From Vicugna vicugna (Eukaryota), in contig MU058449.1 in the NCBI GenBank assembly GCA_013265495.1, positions 668,176 through 732,175 of the forward strand: 64,000 bases of DNA, written 5' to 3'. The translations under genes and the position numbers were made by a program. Under the pieces are notes generated by a model, which saw only the letters and a program-made list of their open reading frames with translations, was not told the origin of the DNA and did no database searches. The number at the start of each line of letters is the position of its first letter. Positions within the stretch are counted from its first letter, which is position 1. Shown piece after piece: positions 1 through 12,998 of the stretch.

Positions 1-1
1 T

Positions 2-613
2 GTAGAGTCTGGGGTGCTCATGGCTATGGCCTTGGACCGTTATGTGGCTGTCTGCCTCCCACTCCGTCACTCTAGTATCCTGACTCCATCTGTAGTGGGT
101 AAATTGGGGGCAGTTGTGATGATGAGAGGGCTGCTGTGGGTGAGTCCTTTCTGCTTTATGGTTTCCAGGATGCCGTTCTGCTCTAACCAGATCATTCCGC
201 AGTCCTACTGTGAGCACATGGCTGTGCTGAAGTTGGTGTGTGCTAATACTAGAGTAAGTCGTGCATATGGGCTCTTTGTGGCCTTCTCTGTGGTTGGCTT
301 TGATATGATTGTCATCAGTGTATCCTATGTGATGATTTTGAGAACTGTGCTGTGGTTGCCCTCCGGTGGGGCCCGGCTCAAGGCTTTTGGCACATGTGCT
401 TCCCATATCTGTGTCATCTTGGCTTTTTATATCCCGGCCCTCTTTACGTTCCTCACCCACCGCTTTGGACATCATGTGCCCCGTGTGGTACAAGTCTTGT
501 TGGCTAATCTCTATGTACTGGTACCTCCCATGCTTAACCCCATCATCTATGGAGTTAGAACCAAACAGATCAGGGACAGGGTTATTCAAGGATGTTGTAG
601 AAAAGACCCCTGA
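2..613 (+). CDS. OR52R1: Class I olfactory receptor OR52R1, 5'-partial (TM3 to C-terminus; start lies before the window)
   Basis: Frame from nt 2 reads VESGVLMAMALDRYVAVCLPLRH...SYCEHMAVLKLVC...KAFGTCASH...HRFGH...PPMLNPIIYGVRTKQIRDRVIQGCC, with TGA at 611-613. The distinctive RGLLWVSPFCFMVSRMPFC and DRVIQGCC segments match human OR52R1 as I recall it. Confidence 0.9.
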   Translation, partial: VESGVLMAMALDRYVAVCLPLRHSSILTPSVVGKLGAVVMMRGLLWVSPFCFMVSRMPFCSNQIIPQSYCEHMAVLKLVCANTRVSRAYGLFVAFSVVGFDMIVISVSYVMILRTVLWLPSGGARLKAFGTCASHICVILAFYIPALFTFLTHRFGHHVPRVVQVLLANLYVLVPPMLNPIIYGVRTKQIRDRVIQGCCRKDP

Positions 614-819
614 GTCAAGCAGCACAGAGCCTCAGCCACCCCATTTGCCCCACTGATCTGGGGACATAAATGCAGAAAGTCTGCCAGGCTGTCACACATT
701 GTCACAAAGTCATCTCTGTGACCAACTGGCTTAGAGGTCAGCAACCCTCCTGAAGCAAGAGGAACAATTCTCACGATACCCAGAACAAGAATTCTCTAAG
801 AGAAGTGATTAATAATGGA

Positions 820-1400
820 TGGAAAGTTGACCTACGTTCATTAGCACAAGAAGATGGTAAAAGACATATTCACCTATCAAATTAGTGAAGATTTGAAAAG
901 AATATCATATTCCACAGACCGCTAAGGTGAAAAATTATTTCTACATTGTTGGTAGAAGTATAAGTTGGTATACCTTGTTATAAAGGAATTAAGATATTTC
1001 CATTAACACAGTTTAAAAGTCATATATTTCCCCCATCTTTATTTCTGTATAAAAATAGAGTTTTAGAAAAAATATACAAAGACATGTAAAGACCCATAAT
1101 TTATAAAAAAAGGAAAACATTTAAATATCAATCTATAAGAAACCAGATGAAGTAATGAGCAATTGAATGTCATATATCATGCAACTGCTACATTTGCAAA
1201 AAGTATCTCGAGATGTGAAAATGATCAAGATACAATATGAAATTTTAAAAATTGCCCATACAGCTGATGCCAATTCTAAAAAAGGAATATATATGCATAG
1301 AAAAAGTTTTGGAAAATACATCCTAATTCTAAAAATAGCTAATAGTAGTAGTGAGATTTGTTCTATTTTAATTTGCTTTTGCACCTTTATATATTTTTAA
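820..1400 (+). mobile_element. Old degenerate L1 (L1M-type) 3' fragment
   Basis: Decayed ORF2-end/3'UTR-like phrases (cacctatcaaattag, gttggtagaagtataagttggtatacc). Boundaries approximate. Confidence 0.45.
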
Positions 1401-1859
1401 AAATTATCCTTAATTGATGTTTAATTTCAGTATGAGAAAAAGTAATTGAAATAACAACACAAGTGTGCAGAAGAGGTTCATTCCATGCTGAAGCCTAACA
1501 GAGTGCAGTGGGCATTCTGAGAGCAGGAGGAACTCTGGAATAAATTTCAGAAAAGTTTGAAAATCTAGATGTAAAATTGCTGCCAGAGTCACAACTTCTT
1601 GAGACTATTAACAGAGAGAATTAAGTAAGCTAAATGGTGGTCTCTCTTGACATAATTTGATTCCCTGGTGACAATGAATTTCAAATGAAGAAGTTTTCAA
1701 AAAGAATAAGGAAAAAGAGTCTCCTCTGAAGATAACTATATCATGTGGTTAAACTTCATAAGAAAGTCACTAGAAATTTTATTATTTGTTAATATTCAAT
1801 TTCCTTTTAAATTAAAAATTTAACCTGTTTTAGAAAACTACATATCCTTCCTTTATTGT

Positions 1860-2005
1860 TTTTTTTGCTTTTTCAACTTTATTGAGCTGTACTTAACATG
1901 CAAGTAGTTGCACATATTTAATGCATACATTTTAATGAGTTTGAACATACGTATACACCCAATACCATCAGCACAAGCAAGATAATAAACGTGTCTATCA
2001 CAGTC
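1860..2005 (-). mobile_element. L1MA-type 3' end
   Basis: T-run then tttattgag...gcacatatttaatgcatacattttaatgagtttg...accatcagcacaagcaagataataaac, a typical antisense L1 tail. Confidence 0.6.
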
Positions 2006-2309
2006 ATTGCATTTGTGTTTTTATCTGCACTCACCACTCTCTTGTCAAAGTCAATGGTGAAGAAGGTTCCAGAATTCAGGGTCTTTTGTTATTAAAACCA
2101 ACATCAAATGAAGGTGTTTTAAGAGAAATCAGGAATATGTGTGCTTTTCCCAGAAGGAACAGCTGTTGGAACCTAAAAATGCCCGTAGAATTGAATAGGT
2201 ATTCTAAAGGAGCATTTTCAAAATTCCCAAATTTTAAAGTTGCAAGAAACCATGATCCCCTTATCAGCAAATCAGTTAATGATTGCGTATCTCTTTTTCT
2301 TTTGAAAAT

Positions 2310-2690
2310 TAGCTTTGTGTCTTAACTTGTGACAGTAAAATGCAAATATATTAGTACATCATTTTAATAAGTTCTGATACATGTAAATGTCTGTGTGGCT
2401 ACCAGCCTAATTAAGATACAGAAAATTCCCATCACTTCGGAAAGATTTTTGTTGCCTCTTTGTAGTCAGACACCCACCCCTCTCCATCCCAAGCAGGCAA
2501 ATCTTGATCTGATTTCTTTCTCCCTAGATGATTGTTTTCTCTCACTAGGATTTGACTCTGGTGTCTCGCCTAGTATAAAGCTTTTCAGATTCGTCCATAC
2601 TATTGCACGTAAGAATAATTCATTTCCTATTAATGCTCAGTAGTATATTTTGTTTTTTCAAAATACCTCAATTGGTATATTGTTACCATT
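2310..2690 (-). mobile_element. Old L1 (L1MC/ME-type) 3' fragment
   Basis: aagatacagaaaattcccatcac...cctctttgtagtca...agattcgtccatactattgca antisense L1 3'UTR signature. Confidence 0.55.
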
Positions 2691-4896
2691 CTCCTTAGCT
2701 TCAGCCCTTCTAGACTTTTACTTCCAAATGTATCAACCTCTTATCTGTCTTAGGGCTTGGCTCTTGATCATTCCACTTCCTCACATTGTTCTTTTCTAGG
2801 ACATTCTGTATCCCTGTCATTATCCGTTAGGTCTCAGCTGTACCACCTTATGAGTGAAATGTGTTTTACCTTGTGTATCTCAACTAGATGCTGCCGCTTA
2901 CAATTTTCTTTTAACACAAGTTTTTGAGTTCCTCCCTATCTTAGCGCAATATGTAATTATTTAAATATTTATTTATTATCTGTTCCTTTGACTTGAATAT
3001 AAATTCTATGAAAGCCTGGCATAATTGTTTACTATTCTTTCCCCAAACCTAGCTCACTACAAAAACAAAACAAAACAACCCAAAGATCTAGTTATGTTAA
3101 ATGAATGAATTTTTACGTGTTTGATACCATTGTCCCAACAATTCCACTATGGACCACAAGATGGCATTTGCAGGTCCATTTTCCCCTCATTCCTCCAAAA
3201 CTAGGTACCAGACTTTTCAGTCCTAAGGGCTCCTTCCATTATCCCCATGGGAATTTTGAAAGATGTTTGTCAAATGAGATAAGTTTGCTATATAAATAAC
3301 AATATTCCCTCACTCACTTCTTTTTATTAACAAATATGAAATGTTTAAAATTACAGTTTAAATTTCTATTCAAGAAATATTTACTGAACAATTACCTGCA
3401 CCATTCTGTAAGAGGATGGGAATAGAGAAGATAAACTGTCCATTATAGCATCTAAATAGTAGGAGACAATGAAAATAAGCACCCTGCGTATCTACAATGC
3501 CAGCCCCAGTGTAAAACCTGAGTACTTAAGCTATGTAAGTCTGTCACAATTCAAAACATCCTTAAGTATTCTGAATCAATGAAAATAGATGATTGTCTTT
3601 ATCACACCTTAAGAAACAGTGGATCCAGGACATTACATTTGTAACTAAACTCAAGCTTGTCTGTAGTCATTTGTGAAAACTACCCAGTGAGCACTTTGAG
3701 TGAGGGGCTCAATTTCCCACTTACAAGGTGGGCATAGTCATCACAGTGCCTCCCTTCTCTCCAATGCGACATAGTGACTGAGAGAGGCCAGATGGAACTT
3801 AAGAAAAGCAGTCCCTGGCAGGTCAGCTTCTCATAGTTTTTAAACCTTGCTAAGAGCAAGTCAGGCTCTCAGAGCACAATTTTAGAGTAATTTCAAAAGG
3901 AGAACACTTGGTGCTGGGATTATAGAGATTAAAATTTCATAACTCATCCTAAAAACCCCTTCTCTATGCTCTCAGAACACCTGGTAAAATCTGCTGTCAT
4001 CACACTCATGGCCTAAACACCCTAATGAACTGATTGTGTGTCTTAATGTTAATTCTGTCTTCTAATCCTGAAGTCACTGCCTAATTCTCTAGCTTCTAAG
4101 TCTAGAACTCCCAGGGCCAGAGGAGGAAGGAAAGGCCTGAAGAGTTACGATGCCTGACTTTGCAGAGCACAGCCTTTGCCCCATCCCCTTCCCAGATAAA
4201 CCTGGAGTCTCAGCCTTTGGGTTCTGATTATCAACGTGTCTATCTTCGGTATGGACCATCAAGGAAAAGATTTGAACTCTTCAGTTTCTGGAAGCCCTCC
4301 AGATACCAGCCCCAACATTTCTTACACTCCTTTGCATCACTGCAGGTGCATATATGTACAGGTAGCTATAATTATCCAGTTACATTTTGTAGATGAGGAA
4401 ACAGAAACCAAATAATCTAAGTAACATCCTTGAGTGTATTTCTGAGCCGGAATGTATAGATAGCAGAGCCAGAAAGTGTGTGTGTGGTGGGGGGCTGGGG
4501 GAGATCAACAAACAAATAAATAACAGCAACAGAAAAACAGATCTCCTACGTAGAACTTGACCCTTTCTAAGAAATCAGCTACAGATCTTATAGCTCTGAG
4601 GAGAAATTTATAGGGTAGCCCACATTAATGACACCCCTGCTGTACAAAATGTCTCACAAGGAAAAGTTGTAAAAAGAAGTGTGTATCCATTTCTGTTTCT
4701 GGAATGCGCCAGCTCTATTGTAGATCTCATATGGGTTTTAAAAGAGGACCAAGGCCAGTGGGGAGGTGATAGGGACAGAATACCATAGCATAGTGGCTAT
4801 GGAGAGGAATGAGGCTGAGAGCAAATACAGGCTTGATGTCACCTAGGAACTTAGGTTTTAGCTTGCAGGACAGATATCCTCTACTGTGTGTGTGTG

Positions 4897-5070
4897 TTTT
4901 TTAATTGAAGTTACAATTAAAGTAACAATGAAAGTAACAATGAAAAGTAACAGAAATTTGCAATGAAAAGTAACAATGGAAGTACAGTACAATTGAAGTA
5001 ACAATGTCAGTTACATGTGTCAACTTCTGGTGTACAGCATAATGTTTCAGTCATATATATACATGCTTAT
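4897..5070 (-). mobile_element. Lineage-specific L1 3' tail with internal tandem amplification
   Basis: ttttttaattgaag...gtcagttacatgtgtcaacttctggtgtacagcataatgtttcagtcat; same family as the tails at 55040 and 59608. Confidence 0.65.
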
Positions 5071-5227
5071 ATGGATCCCAGGCAAATTCAGGGTGAGAAC
5101 TTGTCCTGCTGGGACTCAGACAGAAACTGGGATCCGAGGGAAAAAGAAACCTTAACAAATAATGCTGCCCCCAGATCAGGGTGAAATCAGGAAACAGACT
5201 TAGCAGGCTATAAAGAATTAAATAGAG

Positions 5228-5572
5228 TAGAATCTAAAAAAATAATGACACAAATGAACTTAGTTACAAAACAGAAACAGACTCACAGACATGGAAAATA
5301 AGCTTGGAGGGATAAATTAGGAGTTTGGGATTAACAGATACAAACTACTATATACAAAATAGATAAACAACAAGGTCCTGTTGTTGTTTTATATATATAT
5401 TCAATAGCTTGGAATAACCTATAATAAAAATTAAAATGAAAAAGAATATATATTTGATAACTTGACTCACTGTGCTGTTTGGGGGAGACAGCCATGATGT
5501 GTGGTCTTGCTCCAGACAACATTGTAAATCAACTATGCTTCAATTTTTAAAAAAAAGCAAAATAAAATAAAA
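5228..5572 (+). mobile_element. L1 3'UTR fragment (cetartiodactyl type)
   Basis: gaatctaaaaaaataatgacacaaatgaacttagttacaaaacagaaacagactcacagac...aacattgtaaatcaactat followed by an A-rich tail. Confidence 0.75.
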
Positions 5573-5627
5573 TCACATTTTTGTTAAAATGAAGATAAAA
5601 GACTGTCTAGTCGACATATGACCGAGG

Positions 5628-5628
5628 C

Positions 5629-5675
<47 letters not shown>
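5628..5675 (+). repeat. (CAA)16 microsatellite
   Basis: Perfect trinucleotide run, counted directly. Confidence 0.97.
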
Positions 5676-7198
5676 GGATTAAATCAAGCACAAGGAGAAG
5701 AATTGGCTGATGGAGTGAGGTGTCCTTTTTCTCTCTCTCTCTTTCCCATTTTCTTGAGCTTTCCAATTTATTTTAATCAAATGTATGTAAAAGAGAAGAG
5801 TAATTTAATGTATCCATAGGCATAGTGAAAAAATAATTTCTTTAGACGAAATTAACTTTTATGTGGAAAAAAAGGACAAGGGTTAATGTAGTATTGCTGT
5901 GACTCATTTCCATTTGGAGAATTTATGTTTGAAGTGTTTATTCTTCATTCCATAAATCTGAGTCTGTGATTTATAAACACTGCCATCAGGAGAAAACGTA
6001 ACACATTTTAAAGGTTTAATTTAGGAAAAATATGTGTATTTATTAACACATGATAAGTGGTTTCCTGTTCAGACAGTTTTCTAATGACTCAGTTCTCATA
6101 ACTCCCAGTCTCCTCAAAACTAATGTGTTTATGACTTGGTTAGTCTCTTCAGAGGATAGGTTCCTCCTCCAACGATAATCTTCCCCTGATGCCGCCAGTA
6201 TAGACTAGGCCTCCACCAACTTCTTATGTCTTTTCAAGGTGGGAGGATTCCCAATTCTAGATCTGTTTCCTGTTCTATATCAGCTGTGTGAGGGCTGTTG
6301 TGACAAACAGCCCCCCTCTTTGATGTGGCTTACACTGACTACTTGTATCAACGTGCATTTCTTCCTGACCCTGCCAGCTTTCATGGTGGAGATCCTCTTA
6401 CTTCCACCCTAAAATCCTGTCCTTGTTATTAGTTCCAAACCCATAGAATCAACTGCTATAACTGCCTCTACTCTGCCAGGTCTGCTTTATCCTTACTTTC
6501 TTTTCTGTCAGCAACTGGAACCATGGATTTCTCCAAAGATCAGTAAAAGATTGCCCCACAGTGGAAGCTCAAGTTCTCCAGCTGTCTCGTTATAGCCTGT
6601 TCTACTCAGAAATAAATATCTGTTAGCACAATTGTTCTGAAAAAGCAGAATGAATAAAGAAGATCGAGAACGGATAGGATTATAGTGTCTTTTCTCCAGG
6701 ATTGCCTAGTATGCAGTATACCTGTGAAGTGTTCCAGGAGTAGAACTGGATGTCCCTCTGTCCTTAAACTGTGACATTAACTGTGTCATCTGCATTTAGA
6801 GGCAACGTGATATCCAGGAAGTGCACAGAAATTAGAATCAATAGACCTGTATCCAAATCTCAGGTTTTTTTCCTTAAGCAAGACATTTAAAATCCTAGTC
6901 CCTTAATTATTTCATTTCTAAATTGGGATTATGAGTACTCATTTGAAAGAGCTATGGTTTGAGCCAAATAAAAGCATGAGCTTAAGAGCTAAATGCAGAA
7001 CTTGAACAGAGTGGGTGTTCAGTGACCATTGCTGTTTTTAATGGTAGAGAAGAAACATGGGTCAATGTGGGGAAGAAAAACAGCAGAGAGAACAACTAAA
7101 TTAGACTGATCCCAGCAGAGAAATCTACTTTTAAGGAGAGGAAAGGAAAGCTCATCTTGAAAAAGTGAGGCAATTAAATTCAGGAAGAGCAGCCTCCT

Positions 7199-8121
7199 TC
7201 AAACATCTCCCAGTTTTGTTGGGAAGAGCTTGAGAAGGGCCCTGTGGATTTGTTTAGTTGTCACATTGTATATGATGGTGTTCAGCACAGGGACCATGGG
7301 AATGAAAGTTGAACAAGAGTGAGTGGACAGTTGATGAAGCCTGTGAAAAAACCCAGGGACAACCGAAAGAACACCCAGGAAACAGAGAAGACTATAGCTG
7401 CCCCACCGTGGGAGAAGTGTGCTAAGGCTTTATTCAGTGCCTCCAAGGAAGTGACCTTGACTACAGAGCAGATAATTGGGATGTAGGAGAGGACAGCATA
7501 TGGTGGATCAACCCTTGTGATCAGAGTGAGAACACCTAATCCCCCATACCTGTTCATCCTCGTATCAGAACATGCTGCCTTAAGCACATCAGAGTGGAAG
7601 CAATAAGAATGAGAAAGGACATTGACTTTGCAAAATGACAGCCTCTTAATGAGAAAATGAGATGGACAGAGGCTGATGTACATTCTAAGGACAATTGATA
7701 TTATCAATCTTTAGAATTATAAAGTCTGCCACATGGTGGCTTATCAGAGGGATCTGCAGATGGCAACAAAGTGGTCCAAGGTCCATGGCCATAGTCCTAA
7801 GTACTGAGGGTTCTGTAAAGTCAGAGCTGCAGAGGAAGAAGAGCTGGATGATTTATGCAGCTAGGTGATTTTACGAGTGTTGAACGAAAGGACATTGAGG
7901 CATTGGGGAGAGAGACAGTGCCAGGTCAGCAGTGGACAGCATGGAGAGGAAATAAGACACGTGCTTATTAAGGCATGGCTCTGGAATCACCACCAATAGG
8001 ATCACACTGTGCTAAGAAGGAAGAAGGGAATTGAGAGCCAGATGTGGGAGGCCTCTCACCCAGGAAAATCTGTTCAAAGGAAGATTGAGAACTCTGATGT
8101 AATGTTTCTGAAACAAGACAC
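7199..8121 (-). pseudogene. Heavily decayed class I (OR51-like) olfactory receptor pseudogene; positionally may correspond to human OR52Y1P
   Basis: Minus-strand fragments: GTG-SCFRNITSEFSIFL*TDFPG*EASHIWLSIPF; SYFLSMLSTADL; DHFVAIC; KRLSFCKVNVLSHSYCFHSDVLKAACSDTRMN; PVLNTIIYNVTTKQIHRALLKLF, then TGA at 7199-7201. Multiple stops, frameshifts and deletions; start codon reads GTG. Confidence 0.9.
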
Positions 8122-10249
8122 GATGAGCTAGGGAGGCAGCACTCACTTTCACTGAACCCCCGTACTGCCCAGAGGAAGCCACATCCCAAATCTATCTGCC
8201 TGAGAGGTTGCTGAGCAGATTCTCTCCATCTGTAGAGCCAGATTGAGGTCGGGGGGAAGACAGTAGCCCTCATAGATTTGGCTTCTAAGATACTTTCTAC
8301 ACTCATGTTACTGTCTCATCTATTTCACAACAGTTTTCTGTCAGTTAGGTCTTACTGCCTTGCATTGATGGGAAAACTGAGAGGGAACAGGGATTGAGAT
8401 AATGTTATCCTGCTTAAGGAATCCCTTGATCTACTCTCAAGTCCAGCTCATTTAATTGTCATCAGTGATGAGAGTCAGAGGCAGGAGCCAGGCAGGACCC
8501 CTAAGATTTTGGAAGGAGCATTGGCATTATGTTCTGAATTGTGCAAACAACTGTCTCTCCTGTTGGAGTCAGATCCAGAATGCAGACAGAATCCCAATCT
8601 GCCTTCATCTTTTTTGAGTCTCAGCTGTCATCTTTCCAGGAGCTTGGATCTGCAGCTCTGACTGTGCCTTACCTGTCCTGGAGACTAATACAGCCTGGCA
8701 CTTCCATACTTGCCCAAGCAGGGAGAGGAAATATGAGTGATTCTCAGGCTAGGGCTCTCTGTTGAATCCCAAGGAGCCTTGTTCCATTCCCTCAGATCCA
8801 TGAGGATCAGGGAGAACCTTTGAGAAAAGTAATTAAAACACTTTATTGCCAGGTAGCAGGAAGTTGTCATTCTTAATACAGTTTTCCCAGGTGAATCCCT
8901 AGCACCTCCCGAATGAACTGGAGCCATTGATCCAGATACATGTCCCTGAACGGATCTGTTAGAAGGTAAAGGAAACTAAACCATTGAGAAAGCAAATCCC
9001 AAGGGAGCAGGGAATGATTTTGAAATTTTGAGTAAACTTCTAAAAACTCTTTCTTGTACATTAGTATGATTATCTCCTGGTTCATTTGCCATCTCATGAG
9101 GCTCTTTGTTTAGTTTAAAGTCACATTCTATTTGCAGAATTTGAAAGGAAAATATTTGTTAAGGGAATTGGAGATGTTATACACAGTTATTCCTGATTTA
9201 TAACGATAATCATCAAAATGCTAATTAAAATCATGTAATCTGGCTGATGATGACATACAACTGATAATTTGAAAAGTCTGAATTTCAAAAACAGGTAAAG
9301 TATTATCAGAAAGAAAAAAAATCTGTTAGTTAATCAGAAATACACACTAAGTCCAAAGAATGGTACAAAATACTGCATATTTCCCTATTGAGTGACCTTT
9401 CAGCTCATGAGGCCAAATAGATTTTGAAGAGTATCTTCATATTATAGTTTTTTTTCCTCCTTTATATTTTACCCAATCCCATCAGCCCAAGTATTATACT
9501 TTGTTCTGGCTGGTTCAGTAATTAAAGAGTATGAGTAGATCCTTAAAATGAATCAACTATTTAAAAGTCCCTAGTAATAGTGAACTTGGGTAGAATATCT
9601 ACAAGATGAACAAATCCTTGCTTACTCATTTTGACAGTTCCTCATACCATAAATCTGGGTGTATTATGTTTTTAAAAGTTCCTGTCTTCTAGGAGAAGGA
9701 GATTAAAAAAATGAAAGGAGTAAAGAAACCAGAAAATTCAGTTCTTGTTGTTTCTTTTTTCAAACTAGCAATAAGAACAATTGACATTTCTTTTTTTAGT
9801 TTTACTGTGTGTCAGACCATATTAAACAGTATATACACACACACATACACACACACACATATATATATATAATTCTATTTAAGCCACAACTAAAATATTT
9901 TAAATACTTCAAGTGTAATGACAAAAATATCAGTTTTTAGAAAGTTCTACCCAGATAAGTCCCCCATTCATTGAACATCATCCATGGGTCAAGCACTGTG
10001 TTAAAATGTTGTACAGACTTTGTCTTAATCTTCATAATAGTCATATTATTATTCATATTTTATTATTGAGACAAGTAACATGCCCAATGTCACATAACTA
10101 GTGATGACAGAGTTAAGATTTAAATATTAATCTGTCAAGATTTCAAAATGGTTGTACTTTCAAAATGAACTAATGAAGTGACAGCAAAAAAGGAAAATTA
10201 TATTGTTTATATTTGTTGCTATTCCTTTGAAGTGTGCACTCCATTGAAT

Positions 10250-10500
10250 GTGATAAGGAGCAATGACTAAGTGGAAAACATTTCATATTAAATTCAAGCT
10301 TTACAGTTTACCAGCTGTATAAACTTGAGCATATTGCTTTAACACACTTGGACTTCAGTGTCCTTGTCTGTGTCCTCATCTGTTAAATGAGAATGATAAT
10401 TATAAACAAATTGTATAGGATTATTTTGTGGATTAACTGATATAATTAAATATGAAAAATACTTTGTAAAGTATATAAAACTCTTAACAAATGTTACATT
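10250..10500 (+). mobile_element. MIR SINE
   Basis: ttaccagctgtataaacttgagcatattgctttaac...cttcagtg...cctcatctgttaaatgagaatgataat MIR core. Confidence 0.6.
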
Positions 10501-10707
10501 TTTAAATAAGTCATATAGTGCATTCTTTCTTGGTGTTTTAAGCCTGATCTCCAATTAGCATCAGGAAAAGTGTCAGGAAAAGATGGTTAAAAAAGGAGAC
10601 ATCTGAGTTTTAGGTGCTCAAAGCAGTGTAGTTTGCCAGCAGCAGAAAGGGCACTTGGTTACCTTCAGAGTAACAGAGATATGACACATAAGAGTGAGGG
10701 CAAAAGA

Positions 10708-11325
10708 TGTATCTCAGTTATCCAATGCTGGAAAACAAACCTTTTCAAAACCCAAGAGCTAAAAAAAAATTGTATTATTGCTTATGATTCTTTGGGTCAA
10801 GAAGTCAGTGGTCAGTGGGTGACTGGCATCAGTGGAGATGATTCACGCTCATGCTCTGCTGGCATCTACCTGGGCTGAAGGATCCACAGTGGCCTGGACT
10901 ACACGCCTGAGACCTCTTGCTGGCTGTGGGTGGGTTCTGAATTAGCATCCTCTCACTGCTTAACAAATTACCATACATTAGTATAAATTCTGTGGCTTAA
11001 AACAACACAAATGTATTATCTTACAGTTTTGGAGGTTAAGGTCTAAAATTAATCCTTTGGGATTAAAAAAAAAAGATTTCAGCAGAGTCTTAGTTCTTCT
11101 GGAGGCTGTAGGGGAAAATCTGCTTCCCCTCCTTTTCCAATTTCTAGAAGTTGTCTGCATTTCTTAGCTTGTGTCCTCTTCCTTACAAATCTCCAGTCTC
11201 TCCTTCCATAGTCATGTCCTACTCCAGCTCTGACCTGCCTGCCTCTTTCTTACAAGAACCCTTGTGATTGATTACACTGGGTCCATCTGGATAATCCAGG
11301 ATAATCTCCCCATCTCAACATACTG
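10708..11325 (-). mobile_element. Two adjacent or nested MaLR (MLT1-type) LTR pieces
   Basis: tgtatctcagttatccaatgct...attattgcttatgattctttgggtcaagaa and aacaaattacca...ggcttaaaacaacacaaatgtattatcttacagttttggagg...ataatccaggataatctccccatctca are MLT1 antisense hallmarks. Confidence 0.75.
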
Positions 11326-12439
11326 AAACAAAAGTTGGATTAAGTAAATTTGATGTGTCTGTTTTCCTCATTCTTAGGCCTTGCTGTCAGAACAGGGCAG
11401 CACATAGTAAATATCTACCATTCATACTACATTAAATTTGTCAACTAAAACAGGCACAAATGGATGAATTAATTAAGTCATAAAATATAGCATATAGTGG
11501 CTATTAAAAAATGAGTTATGATTATTTCAGAAAATGCCCCCAAATTATATGTATTAAAGACTTGCTTTCATGATTTCCTCTGGCCTTTTTCCGTCCCTTT
11601 TTCTCCTTCTTTAATTCATGGAAAAAATATTTACTAAGTGCTTACTTCCTTCTATTAATGATTTTTTCTTTTAATGCACCATGAAAAGAATGAGAGGCTA
11701 AAGCAGGAACATTAGATCATGTATGTAATAAATCTCTCCCTGTGCCCGCCTGTGTTAATACTCAGTTACAGTTACTTTGCTTCTTTCCCTTTCTCCTTCA
11801 GAGGGTGTAATCCACAGCAGGAAAGATCTGGTTAATGTCTGCACAAGAATGTTACTGTAATGGGGTTTTCCTCAAGTGTATCAAGCGCCTAAGGAAATCC
11901 ATGCATTTTCTCTGGGATGGGTTAGGAGGCCCCACTGGGGCCAAGGATTCTGCTCTTAAGAAGTCAGTCATCTGGGAAAAAGCCATTTGAATGGCTCTTT
12001 GCTTCGTCCAGGAAAGGCTGAAATTGTAATCTCCCCAACCAAGCATCTCAGGAAGCAGTTCCATCAGCTTGGGAGTTTTCACTTCTGGTCTCTCTGATAG
12101 GGTCCTGTGAGGGCAAAGTAACTTCTTCCTCCAGTGAGTAGCAGGGTAAGGAAATGAAGAAAAGAGGAGAGGGTGTGGGGAAGTGGGGAAAGTTGGAGTA
12201 GAAATTTGAAGGAGAAAGATTATCTCTTTTATGCCTTTCTAGCTTTTGTGGAATAGCGGGAAAGAAGATGGAAATAGGAGTGAGTGTTTGAGAAAAAAAA
12301 AAGTCCTTTAGCAACTCTCTAGAAGTTTAAAATACAAATGAGTATTGAAACTTTCCCCTGAAACTCAGAATCATGAAAATACTTCTTGGCCTCATTCATG
12401 CTGGAATGAGGAGACACACCAAGGACAGCAACTGCCAAA

Positions 12440-12998
12440 AGCCAAGGCTGCAGGGAGGGGAATGCAAAATTTAGGGGGACATCAAAACCTGCAGTAATAT
12501 GATAAGTAATATTTTAATGCAATATTTTAATCAAATTTTTTAATCCATGATCAATAAAACATCAAAAGTTTAAATAAAGACCAGTGCCACACCAAGTCAT
12601 ATTACAGCCTGAGGCAAAAGAAAAAATATGAACCCCTAGTTTTAATGGAAGCAAACTTATCAATAATATATTTTTAAATCTACTTTTTTGCTTATCTCAT
12701 TTTTCAATTGAGAAAACTCCCATATTGGAAATTTTCACTTGACTATGTGAGAATTCTAAATAATTTTTAATTAACTTTAGCTGAGGTAAAATAATTCTGT
12801 TATGGTATAAGTCAAATGTTTACACTTAAAATCATGTTGTAAGGTTTAACACAATTGATTTAAAATTTTTTCAATATTTTTTCATATTATGTGATTGTTC
12901 TAGAGAACATTAAATATTAAAAAATACATAAAAACATGTATAGAGGAGTGCACATTTTTAATTTTCCCTTAGACTCTAGTGTGGTTTGGCACAGTTCT
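12440..12998. mobile_element. hAT DNA transposon remnant (MER96-like)
   Basis: Imperfect inverted repeats: cagtgccacaccaagtcatattacagcctgaggcaaaa (12582) versus ttttcccttagactctagtgtggtttggcacagttctg (ending 12998), with an AT-rich interior. Confidence 0.55.

Noticed and set aside
1400..2325. Possible processed pseudogene or transposase remnant (ORF 2086-2325 and upstream)
   Set aside because: No recognisable protein motif, poly(A) tail or TSD; a BLASTX search would be needed.
5584..5766. ORF with a poly-valine tract
   Set aside because: It is the antisense translation of the (CAA)16 microsatellite.
7282..7707. 141-aa ORF as a short gene
   Set aside because: It is an open stretch inside the decayed OR pseudogene.
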